DNA of 59,719 nucleotides from a virus (Duplodnaviria; Caudoviricetes): IMG/VR virus record IMGVR_UViG_3300025000_000111, positions 1 to 59,719 of that record; one strand, 5' to 3'. Shown piece by piece: positions 38,822 to 47,546 of this stretch (position 1 is its first letter; each line of letters starts with the position of its first letter). The notes under the pieces were generated by a model. It saw only the letters and a program-made list of their open reading frames with translations, ran no database searches and was not told where the DNA came from. The position numbers and the translations under genes were made by a program.

Positions 38822-38878
38822 GCAATATTGCCTACAACATATCGCTATACGCAAGTTGAATATTTTAAACCAGCACAA

Positions 38879-39106
38879 ATGACTGATACAGAATTAAATA
38901 TACTAATATTAATTGAGGAATCAGTATATAAAGGATTACTGTCAATTGATTTCTGGGTTGAAAATATTAAACTCATTGAATGTTATTCTGGTATAAAAAC
39001 CATTAAAAAGTATTCTAAGGATAATGGTATCACACCACAGGCAGTTTATAAGTCTAAAAAGTATATTGAATTACTTGATACTAAATTTGTAATAGACAAT
39101 TATTAA
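38879..39106 (+). CDS. Small HTH protein
   Basis: IKKYSKDNGITPQAVYK. Confidence 0.55.
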   Translation: MTDTELNILILIEESVYKGLLSIDFWVENIKLIECYSGIKTIKKYSKDNGITPQAVYKSKKYIELLDTKFVIDNY

Positions 39107-39585
39107 TTATTATCAGTAGCAAGCAGTACCGAATCAATCTTATATTCAGTGAAGCATACCCGTCTTATACGGTTTGAGTATTGGTCAAACGGATTACTGG
39201 TTGGAAGGAAGTTAACTGATTGAAGTAACATCCGTTTTACGCAGTGGAAGTACTTTGGATTGGTCAGTACAAACTGTTTCTGAAACATTCTATTCATCTG
39301 TAATATGGTATAATCATACCTATCTCCTATTGATGAAACTGTACTGTAAGTTATAACATCCCTATTGCTTCCCAATACGCTTAATATCGTTTCTAAGAAG
39401 TCTTCTGATGGTGTGTCACCGTTTCTAAGTGTGATGACATAAGTGCCGTTAGACATCCTTAAAAGTGTATTCAGGATGAACACTTCCTTGTCCCCATCAT
39501 AGTCCAGTGTGATGTATTCTACACCATCTCGTTTCGGGAAGTGGTTATCACAGTTATACTGTATAATCGTTAAAATTGGTTTCAT
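39103..39585 (-). CDS. Divergent GT2-like protein
   Basis: PILTII N terminus and GTYVITLRNGD.PSEDFLETIL resemble degenerate GT-A motifs. Confidence 0.4.
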   Translation of the reverse strand: MKPILTIIQYNCDNHFPKRDGVEYITLDYDGDKEVFILNTLLRMSNGTYVITLRNGDTPSEDFLETILSVLGSNRDVITYSTVSSIGDRYDYTILQMNRMFQKQFVLTNPKYFHCVKRMLLQSVNFLPTSNPFDQYSNRIRRVCFTEYKIDSVLLATDNN

Positions 39586-39899
39586 ACAATTATACCATAG
39601 ATTGCGTAGATGACGGCTTGTATCTCGTGGATGTAGTGGATAGTCTTGTTGGGGACTTCAAACCCATGAATGGTTACCACATAATGATCCTGCTCTCTTG
39701 TGAACAGCACATCACGGAAGTACCAGCCATTGTAAAACTTTAACCCAAGTAACTCAATGGTTTCATTGGTTATCTCTACTGGTTTAATTTCCCATGTTTC
39801 AATTCCGTTTACTTCTATCTCACCATCGAAGCAAGTTGTCCTTCCTACATAATCTCTGAATGTAAAAATGAATCCGTTGTGAATATCTGCTCTTTTCAT
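39582..39899 (-). CDS. Hypothetical protein, paralog of 11457-11813
   Basis: IKPVEITNETIELLG...IHYIHEIQ. Confidence 0.6.
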   Translation of the reverse strand: MKRADIHNGFIFTFRDYVGRTTCFDGEIEVNGIETWEIKPVEITNETIELLGLKFYNGWYFRDVLFTREQDHYVVTIHGFEVPNKTIHYIHEIQAVIYAIYGIIV

Positions 39900-40546
39900 A
39901 GATCATAGATATTTGGGATATGACATACAACATATCCGGCAATGTTAATTTTTTGGTAATCTTCCGACACGGCCTTTAGTATATTCAAGAACCTGTAATC
40001 GTGGCTGTAATTATCGTTCACGTTCCAATAGCAATTCAATGAAGTCTTGTGGATAATGTTAGAAGTACCGCATTGTCCGTGTACATTAACATTAACGGGT
40101 CTTATAATGGTTTCCCATCCGGCTTTAGTTTTCCTGTAAACAATGTCATCTACTATATACCAATCTCTGTCAGCCACTTCTTTCGATAAGTCAATCAGGT
40201 ATTCTTGGTCGTATATATCATCTGCATCCAAGTAAATGATGTATTTACCCTTAGCGTTCTTTATTCCTATATTGCGTGGAGTGCCTGACCATATCTTGCA
40301 TTTGTCAATCAGGTACATACTAATTCTTTCATCGTTCAGGAATCTATTCTCTTGTATAATGTCCACCGACTTCTGACAGCCATCTGCAATAATTATCAAT
40401 TCCCAGTTCTGATATGATTGATTTATCACAGACTGGACTGCTCTTGACAACTTCATCTCTCTTTCTTTTCCTGCCGTATTGTACTTCCCTAAATATGTCG
40501 GCATTACTATTGTAAACAACGGTGTGCCTGATTGCTCTGTTTGCAT
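39896..40546 (-). CDS. Glycosyltransferase family 2
   Basis: TIVMPTY, QSVINQSYQNWELIIIADG, PRNIGIKNAKGKYIIYLDADD. Confidence 0.92.
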   Translation of the reverse strand: MQTEQSGTPLFTIVMPTYLGKYNTAGKEREMKLSRAVQSVINQSYQNWELIIIADGCQKSVDIIQENRFLNDERISMYLIDKCKIWSGTPRNIGIKNAKGKYIIYLDADDIYDQEYLIDLSKEVADRDWYIVDDIVYRKTKAGWETIIRPVNVNVHGQCGTSNIIHKTSLNCYWNVNDNYSHDYRFLNILKAVSEDYQKINIAGYVVCHIPNIYDL

Positions 40547-40676
40547 TCTCTTCTATGTTAAAAAACCAGCTTCCAACTACCTGATACCCACCGCAGAAAT
40601 TTATTATGTAAGAATTATCCCTCGAAAAATTGGACATCCTTTTAGCATAATCTATCAACGGTTTATACCCTTTCAT
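40344..40676 (-). CDS. Hypothetical protein overlapping the GT2 start by 203 nt
   Basis: ATG 5 nt below the class II -7 box. Confidence 0.45.
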   Translation of the reverse strand: MKGYKPLIDYAKRMSNFSRDNSYIINFCGGYQVVGSWFFNIEENANRAIRHTVVYNSNADIFREVQYGRKRKRDEVVKSSPVCDKSIISELGIDNYCRWLSEVGGHYTRE

Positions 40677-40681
40677 ATCAG

Positions 40682-40759
40682 CAAATATAGGTAATGTAAA
40701 AAAAGTTAAAAATAATTATAGATTTTACTTGACAAAGCAAAATTTCTGTTGTACATTTG
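40682..40759. promoter_or_regulatory. Divergent promoter pair 4 (class II minus 40682-40716; class I plus 40729-40759)
   Basis: Both motifs back to back. Confidence 0.85.
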
Positions 40760-40782
40760 CTGAACAAATAACAAATAACACC

Positions 40783-41115
40783 ATGAGATTAAAAGATATT
40801 ACAATTCCTTTTTTTAGAATCAGACCTATCAATACATGAATTTGCTTATAGGGTTGATTTAACGAGACAAAGGATTCACTTCATATTAAAAAAATGATTT
40901 GAGTATTGTTGTTAATTTTCTAAATATAGAAATAGATATAGGTATGGTTACTATAAAAAATAATCGTGATCTTTTTCTTGAGTATGTCAATCAGTATATA
41001 CCAAGTTCTGAATCAGAAGAAAAAAAATAAACTTATACAAATAATTAATGAACATGTTGAAAAATTAAACAGCATGCAACTCAAAGAACTTACTAAAATA
41101 CTCTTTAATAAATAA
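40783..41115 (+). pseudogene. Sigma-region-4-like HTH protein (109 aa after removing three +1 homopolymer bases)
   Basis: Reconstructed MRLKDITIPFLESDLSIHEFAYRVDLTRQRIHFILKNDL...KILFNK; extra bases in T7 (40809), A7 (40888) and A8 (41020). Confidence 0.6.
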
Positions 41116-41120
41116 AGGCA

Positions 41121-41435
41121 ATGACAATAACAAATTTAACACCGCACAACATAACCATGTTTAAGAATGGTAAAGTGGACAGGGTTTTCACTTCGGAAGG
41201 ATTGGCAAGAGTGTCGTCCAAAATTAGCCACCATTCATACATTGGCGGTATCAGGATTAACTCCATAGAACGACTTGGACTAATGGGACTACCGGATGAA
41301 ACTACTGACCAGTATTACATTGTTAGTCAGATAGTTAAGATGTATTGTAGTTGTAGGAAAGATTTATTAGTGCCGGATGAGCTTGTCAGAAATGATCAAG
41401 GATTAGTAATTGGATGCCGTGCTTTAAGTTTATAA
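41121..41435 (+). CDS. Conserved phage protein (NLTPH family)
   Basis: NLTPH...YIVS..V...RKDLLVP..LVRN..G.VIGC. Confidence 0.75.
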   Translation: MTITNLTPHNITMFKNGKVDRVFTSEGLARVSSKISHHSYIGGIRINSIERLGLMGLPDETTDQYYIVSQIVKMYCSCRKDLLVPDELVRNDQGLVIGCRALSL

Positions 41436-41445
41436 ATTTTTAATG

Positions 41446-41480
41446 ATTATTTTAATCGGGTGTGACATTAAGTATTTTTG
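41446..41480 (+). promoter_or_regulatory. Class II promoter ATTATTTT-N19-TATTTTTG
   Basis: Exact motif upstream of HNH-AP2. Confidence 0.75.
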
Positions 41481-41589
41481 TCATGCTCATTCGATAACTA
41501 TGAAAATATTAAATCCCACTCTTAACACATTGCCAAAGCACATCGTGTGCAATCGGATGAGCCTTTGTGTTTCGGGTGGGTAACTTTTT
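41481..41589 (+). ncRNA. Structured 5' leader (pseudoknot) of HNH-AP2 gene, copy 2
   Basis: CCCACTC/GGGTGGG, AACAC/GTGTT, GCAC/GTGC; 5' GCTCATTCGAT pairs with ATCGGATGAGC. Confidence 0.65.
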
Positions 41590-42063
41590 ATGAAAGAAAT
41601 ACCGTTAACTCAAGGCTATGTGGCTTTAATAGATGATGAAGACTATGAACTTGTTAGTAAATACAAGTGGCATGTTAGGGTTTGTAACACTAATAAATAC
41701 GCTAACTCAAATGTTCAAAAGAAAAGAACAACAATGAGTATGCATCGTTTAATTATGGGATTTCCCGTTGGTTTGCAAATAGACCACTGTGACCACAACG
41801 GATTGAACAATCAGAAAAGTAATTTACGAGTTTGTACTAAGGATGAGAACAACAGAAATAGAATTATAGGTAAAAATAAATCAAGTAAATACAAGGGAGT
41901 ATGTTGGCATAAAGCAACTAAAAAATGGATGTCTAGAATAAAATTAAATAAAAAATATATTCATCTTGGTTTATTTACATTTGAAACAGAAGCTGCATTA
42001 GCGTACAACAACAAGGCTACTGAATTATTTGGTGAATTTGCGTATATAAACGAAATATTATGA
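41590..42063 (+). CDS. HNH-AP2 homing endonuclease (paralog of 1611-2090)
   Basis: MHRLIM..IDHCDHNGLNNQKSNLR; SKYKGV.W...ETEAALAYN. Confidence 0.9.
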   Translation: MKEIPLTQGYVALIDDEDYELVSKYKWHVRVCNTNKYANSNVQKKRTTMSMHRLIMGFPVGLQIDHCDHNGLNNQKSNLRVCTKDENNRNRIIGKNKSSKYKGVCWHKATKKWMSRIKLNKKYIHLGLFTFETEAALAYNNKATELFGEFAYINEIL

Positions 42064-42795
42064 AACAAAGAATCATAGAAGTATTAATGGAAAACAAGCC
42101 AATGGCTGACACGGCTGATGCTATATTGGCACTATACAATCCACTTGTTCAGGCAGCTACTAATGTGGCAACATCAAACATATATGTGGCTTCAGGCAAT
42201 ATAATTAAACTACACGAACAATTAGTATATTTTTATAACCAAAACTTAAACCTAACAGATTATGAAATTCTCGATGACAAACCTATTCAACAACAAGAAT
42301 GATTATTCGTTCTTTGTATTACCAACAATCTCGATTGCCGCTACTGGTGGTTCGGTTGGTATCGCTTTAGTGTGGTTAAATTTTGCAGCTATTGTAGAAT
42401 GGTAGCCGAACAATTCATACAGGACATTGCTACATCCATGCGGTTCAAACCAAAGGATGTAGCGGTTTCGGATTGGGTGATGACATTCTTACTCAATCAC
42501 TGGCAGGAAGAACATGGTAGATTAATTGAAACTGAATACGATTGTACAGGAAGGGAAGACCTTGTTCCCGTTACACTAAATAAAGTAATTGATGATTTTT
42601 GGCAATACCCAAACTAATATGTGGACACCGGAACAAGAAAAAGCAGCAGAAAAGTTGCTTTCAAGATTAAGGCAAATGCCTCTTGCTAAAGAACGTGAAG
42701 AATTTGGAAAAATGCTATTTAGGCATATAAATAGTTACACACCAGAAGAACGTAAACGGTATGATGAACTTAAAGAAATTTTAAAAGATGGCTAA
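42060..42795 (+). other. Small plus-strand ORFs completing island 4
   Basis: 42060-42302, ~42399-42617, ~42619-42795; the last stop overlaps the stop of the minor head gene. Confidence 0.6.
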
Positions 42796-43556
42796 TCATT
42801 AAGTTGGTCATAACCATATTTATCAGCTACTTCTTTTGATACCCACATAAGGCTGTCCACACAATTATAGCCTCCAAGGGAGATTAAAACATCTGAGCCG
42901 ATTATTTTTCCTTTCCAGTCTTGGTCGTTCCAAGATTGGATTGTTTTTTTACTGAATATCTTCCCCTTGCGTGCTATACAGAAATCTCTGGATGTTTCAA
43001 GCCTTGTACCAAAGTAAAGGGCATAATCAAAGTTTTCTTCTACCGCTATATCCCTGTCAGTTAGCCTTAAAGCCATCATTAGGGCATCTGCCATTTTTTG
43101 ATGTGCCACAGAACTTAACTGGTTATTAGTCAGTATTTTATTGGCAATAGTTTTTTTTTCACTACCAGCTATGTACAATGAAAGTGCATCAGCCTTAATC
43201 CTTGAATTGTAGTTGTATATACCTTTAGTGAATGAATCGAAAAAGGATTCAAGTTTAGCTACTGTGTATTTTGGTGCAGTCACTCCAAAGTAAGCAACAG
43301 ACAATCCTATCATAATAGGTAACTGTCTTTTATACCATACAAGTATCTTGGTTAAGTTCTTATCGTTATCCAGTATCTCTGACAGTGAAATAATCAGATC
43401 ATCAATGTCCTCAAAATCAGAATACAAGGCTTCAATAACCTGACCGTTAATCTTCTTCTGGTACGCTGTTAGCCTGTCTTCCAGTTCTGCCAGTATTTCG
43501 TCTATCACCCTGTCCCGTTCTGCTACCTGTTCCTTGATCGCTGTCAGTGTCTGCAT
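42792..43556 (-). CDS. Minor head morphogenesis protein (Mu gpF / SPP1 gp7-like)
   Basis: TSRDFC..RKGK...GGYNC motif, directly after portal. Confidence 0.75.
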   Translation of the reverse strand: MQTLTAIKEQVAERDRVIDEILAELEDRLTAYQKKINGQVIEALYSDFEDIDDLIISLSEILDNDKNLTKILVWYKRQLPIMIGLSVAYFGVTAPKYTVAKLESFFDSFTKGIYNYNSRIKADALSLYIAGSEKKTIANKILTNNQLSSVAHQKMADALMMALRLTDRDIAVEENFDYALYFGTRLETSRDFCIARKGKIFSKKTIQSWNDQDWKGKIIGSDVLISLGGYNCVDSLMWVSKEVADKYGYDQLND

Positions 43557-45324
43557 TATCCATATCTTTTAATTCCATTGCTTCTTGTTCTTTCAGTATC
43601 TTATTAACCTTCTTGTCAATCAATACTTTCTGCTGTTCCCTTGTCAGTTCGTAGAAGTTTATCCCACCACTCATCTCGTTTTCAATTTCATCAAATATCC
43701 AAGAGTAGTTCAGGTAAAGTACCTTGATTCTGTCAGGGGTGTAATTGGTTGTCATGGCATACATTATTTCCTTCTCTGATTTACCATTGAAAGGGAAGAA
43801 TGATTTCTGTGTCAGATACCGTGCTTTACCGATGGGGTCTTCTGAGTAAATGATTCCAGCTATATCATTATTGATACCGTCTTTTATGAAACTATCTCCA
43901 TCACTGTTGTTAATTGTTTCCAAGTCAGCGTACAAGTCTGATAACGACTTCATCTTAAAGTCTTTACTGAATGTGTAGAATGCTATCAGGTCTTTCCTCA
44001 TATCTGTGATGGATGCAATGGATTCAACCCCAAACTTCCATTTACGTGAGTATGCGGTAGCCATATTGTACAGACTGTCATACACGTTCTGTAAGTCAAT
44101 GTTCTTGCCTGTTGCAGTTTCTGCTACCTGTTTCTTACTGAACAACTCGGAGTTGTAAAGTGCTTCCTTACACCTGATGGTAAGTTCCTGAATATATCTA
44201 TCCTGCCACTGAACCAGTTCTACCGATGGTGAAACATATTTTACAATGTTGTCAAGGTTAAGGAAGTCATCCTTATCCTTTGGCATCCTCAGGTAGATAA
44301 TATCCTGTGCCGTCTTATGTGTTTCGTATCCTGTTCCATGACATTTACTGCATGAATTACCATCCGGCATAAAACCGTTGTTACAGCCTGTATGACTGCA
44401 TCTGTTGGCATATTGTATCTTCTGTGGGAATACATGCAAAGCAGCAGTTAAGTCCATCTCAGAGTTAGCCTTAACCATCTTTAACAGCAATGGAACGGCA
44501 TCATCAATAACGGAAATCATTGTCTTACCCTCTGTGTAAATATCTCTGTTGAATCCAACCATGAATGCCGGAACAAAACCTAAACTATGGGTATAAGTGT
44601 TAATAGTGAAATAACCTTTCTTGGTCTTTACAACAGTTTCACCATCTACATCTGCAAAAGGAATGTTGTAAGGATTGTTACCAGTAGGGTCGGGTTTCAG
44701 TTCTGTCAAGACTGTTGTATCTTCCTTGCCGTAGATAGTGTATCTCTGTTTAGAGTTTCCACCAAATTCATCCACAACATCATGTAGTGTGACAAGGAAT
44801 TGTAAATCATTCTTTATGTCTTTTGAGTAGTGGATAGCCTCTTCTGAGGATACCTCAAACGGATATGGTGTTGCTCTTTCCTTAGTAACATCGTAATCTT
44901 TCCATTCAAACACGCACCAACTGTTTGGGTCTGAACCATTTAAGTCAATCCACCGTTGGTTGAACCAGTTGTCAAACGAAGCATCACCCCAGAAAACATC
45001 CAGCTTATCTTCCAGTTCCTTTGACCTTTGATTGACTGCATCATCCTTGTAAGCCACCACCCTGTTAACAGAATTGCTTCTTGGCACTTTATACAATGGC
45101 TTCATTAGGTTTCTTGATACTGAGGATGTTATATGCTGTGTAATCCTTCTACGTTGTTTAAACATCTCATCGCTTTCATGCCTGTCAAACTTCCGTAACA
45201 GGTATTCCATATCTTCACCAGTGATAAGTGCGGTGTACAGCCGTTTAAGGTCGCACACTCTGGCATAATATTTATGTCTAATATCTTCGTTGATTACTGT
45301 GAGTAATGTTTTAAGCATATCCAT
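43447..45324 (-). CDS. Portal protein
   Basis: 625 aa after TerL; HSLGFVP, AETATG; inserted C..C..G...C..C.GTG zinc-finger-like segment. Confidence 0.8.
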   Translation of the reverse strand: MDMLKTLLTVINEDIRHKYYARVCDLKRLYTALITGEDMEYLLRKFDRHESDEMFKQRRRITQHITSSVSRNLMKPLYKVPRSNSVNRVVAYKDDAVNQRSKELEDKLDVFWGDASFDNWFNQRWIDLNGSDPNSWCVFEWKDYDVTKERATPYPFEVSSEEAIHYSKDIKNDLQFLVTLHDVVDEFGGNSKQRYTIYGKEDTTVLTELKPDPTGNNPYNIPFADVDGETVVKTKKGYFTINTYTHSLGFVPAFMVGFNRDIYTEGKTMISVIDDAVPLLLKMVKANSEMDLTAALHVFPQKIQYANRCSHTGCNNGFMPDGNSCSKCHGTGYETHKTAQDIIYLRMPKDKDDFLNLDNIVKYVSPSVELVQWQDRYIQELTIRCKEALYNSELFSKKQVAETATGKNIDLQNVYDSLYNMATAYSRKWKFGVESIASITDMRKDLIAFYTFSKDFKMKSLSDLYADLETINNSDGDSFIKDGINNDIAGIIYSEDPIGKARYLTQKSFFPFNGKSEKEIMYAMTTNYTPDRIKVLYLNYSWIFDEIENEMSGGINFYELTREQQKVLIDKKVNKILKEQEAMELKDMDNADTDSDQGTGSRTGQGDRRNTGRTGRQANSVPEED

Positions 45325-45343
45325 GTCTCTTGTGTATTTGTAA

Positions 45344-45421
45344 CAAAAATAGGATATATCTGTTACAGATAAAATAATTATAGATTTCGCTTGACAAAGA
45401 TGAAAAGTTGTGTTATCTTTG
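45344..45421. promoter_or_regulatory. Divergent promoter pair 5 (class II minus 45344-45378; class I plus 45391-45421)
   Basis: Both motifs back to back. Confidence 0.85.
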
Positions 45422-45440
45422 TTGCCTAATACTAATTAAT

Positions 45441-45886
45441 ATGAAAACAAGGAATTTATTACTATCAGTAATTAAAGTATCTTTTATACCACTTATCATG
45501 TGCTGTTTTTTATCGTGTGCTGGTGGCGGTAATGATATTAATCCAGAAAAAACTTATGAAATAAAGGTAATAGATAGTTGTGAATATATCTATGTTTCAA
45601 GAAGACCTTGGGGTGCTGAATTTTCACTAACCCACAAAGGTAATTGTAAATATTGTGATGACCGTAAATATAAGTAGATACTATGACAACAATATACACC
45701 ACACAGGGAGTTGTAAAAGTTAAGGAAGACTACAACCTTGTTATGATAAGAATTGAGACTGGAAAAAAATTCCTTGAGTTAACGGAAGAAATAATTATTC
45801 ATTTAAGAGATGGTATCTTTGATGAACGGAAAATTAGCGCTTTAATACAAGTATCTCATATAGTACGAATTGTTGGTGATAAGTAG
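45441..45886 (+). other. Plus-strand island 5: lipoprotein-like ORF 45441-45677 and ORF 45683-45886
   Basis: FLSC lipobox-like; IDSCEY...THKGNCKYC; second ORF ends at 45886, abutting the TerL stop at 45887. Confidence 0.7.
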
Positions 45887-47212
45887 TTATCTATCAGTAA
45901 TTGCTTCGTATGTTTCGTAGTATCCTTTAAAACATTCTATGATGAAATAGCAGAACGAATCACTGAGATGGCCATGTTTTTCGTAGGATGTTCCTGTTTC
46001 TTTATCTCTTTTGATAACTTTTAATGGTTTACCATCTTTATCTTCAAGTACATTTTCAAAATCCTCAATCAAATTTACACATTTTTTATCAATGTAAATA
46101 TCAATCGGATATTCCCCCCTAAGCACCCGATTAATCCACTGTCTTCGTTTAAGTAATTGAGGATTGGCTTTAGGTACTCTTATACTGTTTGCATTAAGAT
46201 ATGGTGCTAAAATAGCCTCTATTATTTCATAGTTGTTTAAGTTATTTAAAGGGTTTCTCGCCCTTCCAGAAGCATCACCATAAATAAACAACGGCGGCTG
46301 TATCAGGTCTTTGTATCTGTTGAGAAATTCATCAGTACAGGCTTCGGTAGTATTTAGAGGATTACGCATTGTTATTTCATCCAGTACATAAACCTTCCAT
46401 CTACCGTCAATACCTTTTACTACCTGTGATACAAGTGCCGGACTAAAGGGTCGTGCGTTAAAATCGTAGCTGAGATGAATGGTATCTTCCGTATGGAATG
46501 ATAAGCTATCCTTACAATGTTTTTGGAAGTTAAACCCAGAGTAAAATTCAGCCCCAGTCACAACCCGACCCCATTCTCCAAGAATATATACTCTTTTTAC
46601 ATTAGGATCATCTGAGTACCTTTTAATAAGTTCTTCCTTATAAGCCTCATCAATAAACTTGTTATCCATAAATGTACTCTGCATTGTGAATACAGATGGA
46701 CTTTTCTTATCGAAGAACTCTTTTTTTAGCCAATGTAATTCAGATATAGGATTGAACGTAAGGATAATCTGTTTGTACAGCCCCTTATTACCTCTTAGAC
46801 GAAGGTTTAACTGTGTGATGTCCATTTTATCATACTCAGTGGCTTCCTCTGCCCAGATGCTTACAACTTCAGTCAATGACTTAATCTTTTCGTGGTCATC
46901 TAAGCCGGATGTAATGATTTCACTTCCGTTAAAAAACGTGAAAGACATATCGGTTGAATTAGTTTTAACATAAGGCATTAAATCTGAATCCAAAATAATC
47001 TGCTTCATGTTTTTGAATACAGATTCCTTGATTGTAGATTTAAGTTTCCTTGTTATTAAATGTCTGGTATTCGGTTCGTTAACAGCCCTCATCAACATCT
47101 TCTGTGCGGCTGCAACTGATTTTCCAGACCCCGAACCCCCAAATAACACAGCAAACCTTGCTCTGGTTTTAAAGAAATCCTCAAAGGTTTCGTTATATAT
47201 TACATTAGCCAT
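45887..47212 (-). CDS. terL: Terminase large subunit (PBSX/Terminase_3-like)
   Basis: GGSGSGKS Walker A, WAEEATE Walker B, LTFNP, YILGEWG, YDFN, HLSDSFCY nuclease motifs. Confidence 0.95.
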   Translation of the reverse strand: MANVIYNETFEDFFKTRARFAVLFGGSGSGKSVAAAQKMLMRAVNEPNTRHLITRKLKSTIKESVFKNMKQIILDSDLMPYVKTNSTDMSFTFFNGSEIITSGLDDHEKIKSLTEVVSIWAEEATEYDKMDITQLNLRLRGNKGLYKQIILTFNPISELHWLKKEFFDKKSPSVFTMQSTFMDNKFIDEAYKEELIKRYSDDPNVKRVYILGEWGRVVTGAEFYSGFNFQKHCKDSLSFHTEDTIHLSYDFNARPFSPALVSQVVKGIDGRWKVYVLDEITMRNPLNTTEACTDEFLNRYKDLIQPPLFIYGDASGRARNPLNNLNNYEIIEAILAPYLNANSIRVPKANPQLLKRRQWINRVLRGEYPIDIYIDKKCVNLIEDFENVLEDKDGKPLKVIKRDKETGTSYEKHGHLSDSFCYFIIECFKGYYETYEAITDR

Positions 47213-47546
47213 CTATCTGCATATCAGTTATATCAATCACTTCACTCTCATTGGATAGTAATTTAACGCCATCCATAACACCGTTACTTGCCGATGACAG
47301 GAAGTTAATCTGTATCGGATTAGTATTTTCCCCAGTCTTCTCAACCCTTGACAACTTAGGGACAGAGTACTCAATCAATTGTAAATATCTGTCAATATAG
47401 TCTTTCCCCTGCATGGACATCATCTCCCTGCGGAACTTAGACTCACCATCCTTCAACACCCTTTCTATAACTGCCCCAATATCAACCTCTTTGAAGTTCT
47501 TTCTTGTGGCTTTTATTGACTTTAGTAATACTTTTCTACCTGCCAT
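47205..47546 (-). CDS. terS: Terminase small subunit candidate
   Basis: Immediately upstream of TerL; YLQLIEYSVPKLSRVE motif. Confidence 0.65.
   Translation of the reverse strand: MAGRKVLLKSIKATRKNFKEVDIGAVIERVLKDGESKFRREMMSMQGKDYIDRYLQLIEYSVPKLSRVEKTGENTNPIQINFLSSASNGVMDGVKLLSNESEVIDITDMQIDG

Larger units (their letters stand above)
37727..38855 (+). mobile_element. Integron-like cassette array: attC-like hairpins 37730-37856, 38199-38327, 38486-38717 and a terminal half-site at ~38831-38855
   Basis: Each site is YAAC-5nt-stem...stem-T-GTTR; segments between sites end in inverted repeats of their own starts. Confidence 0.7.
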
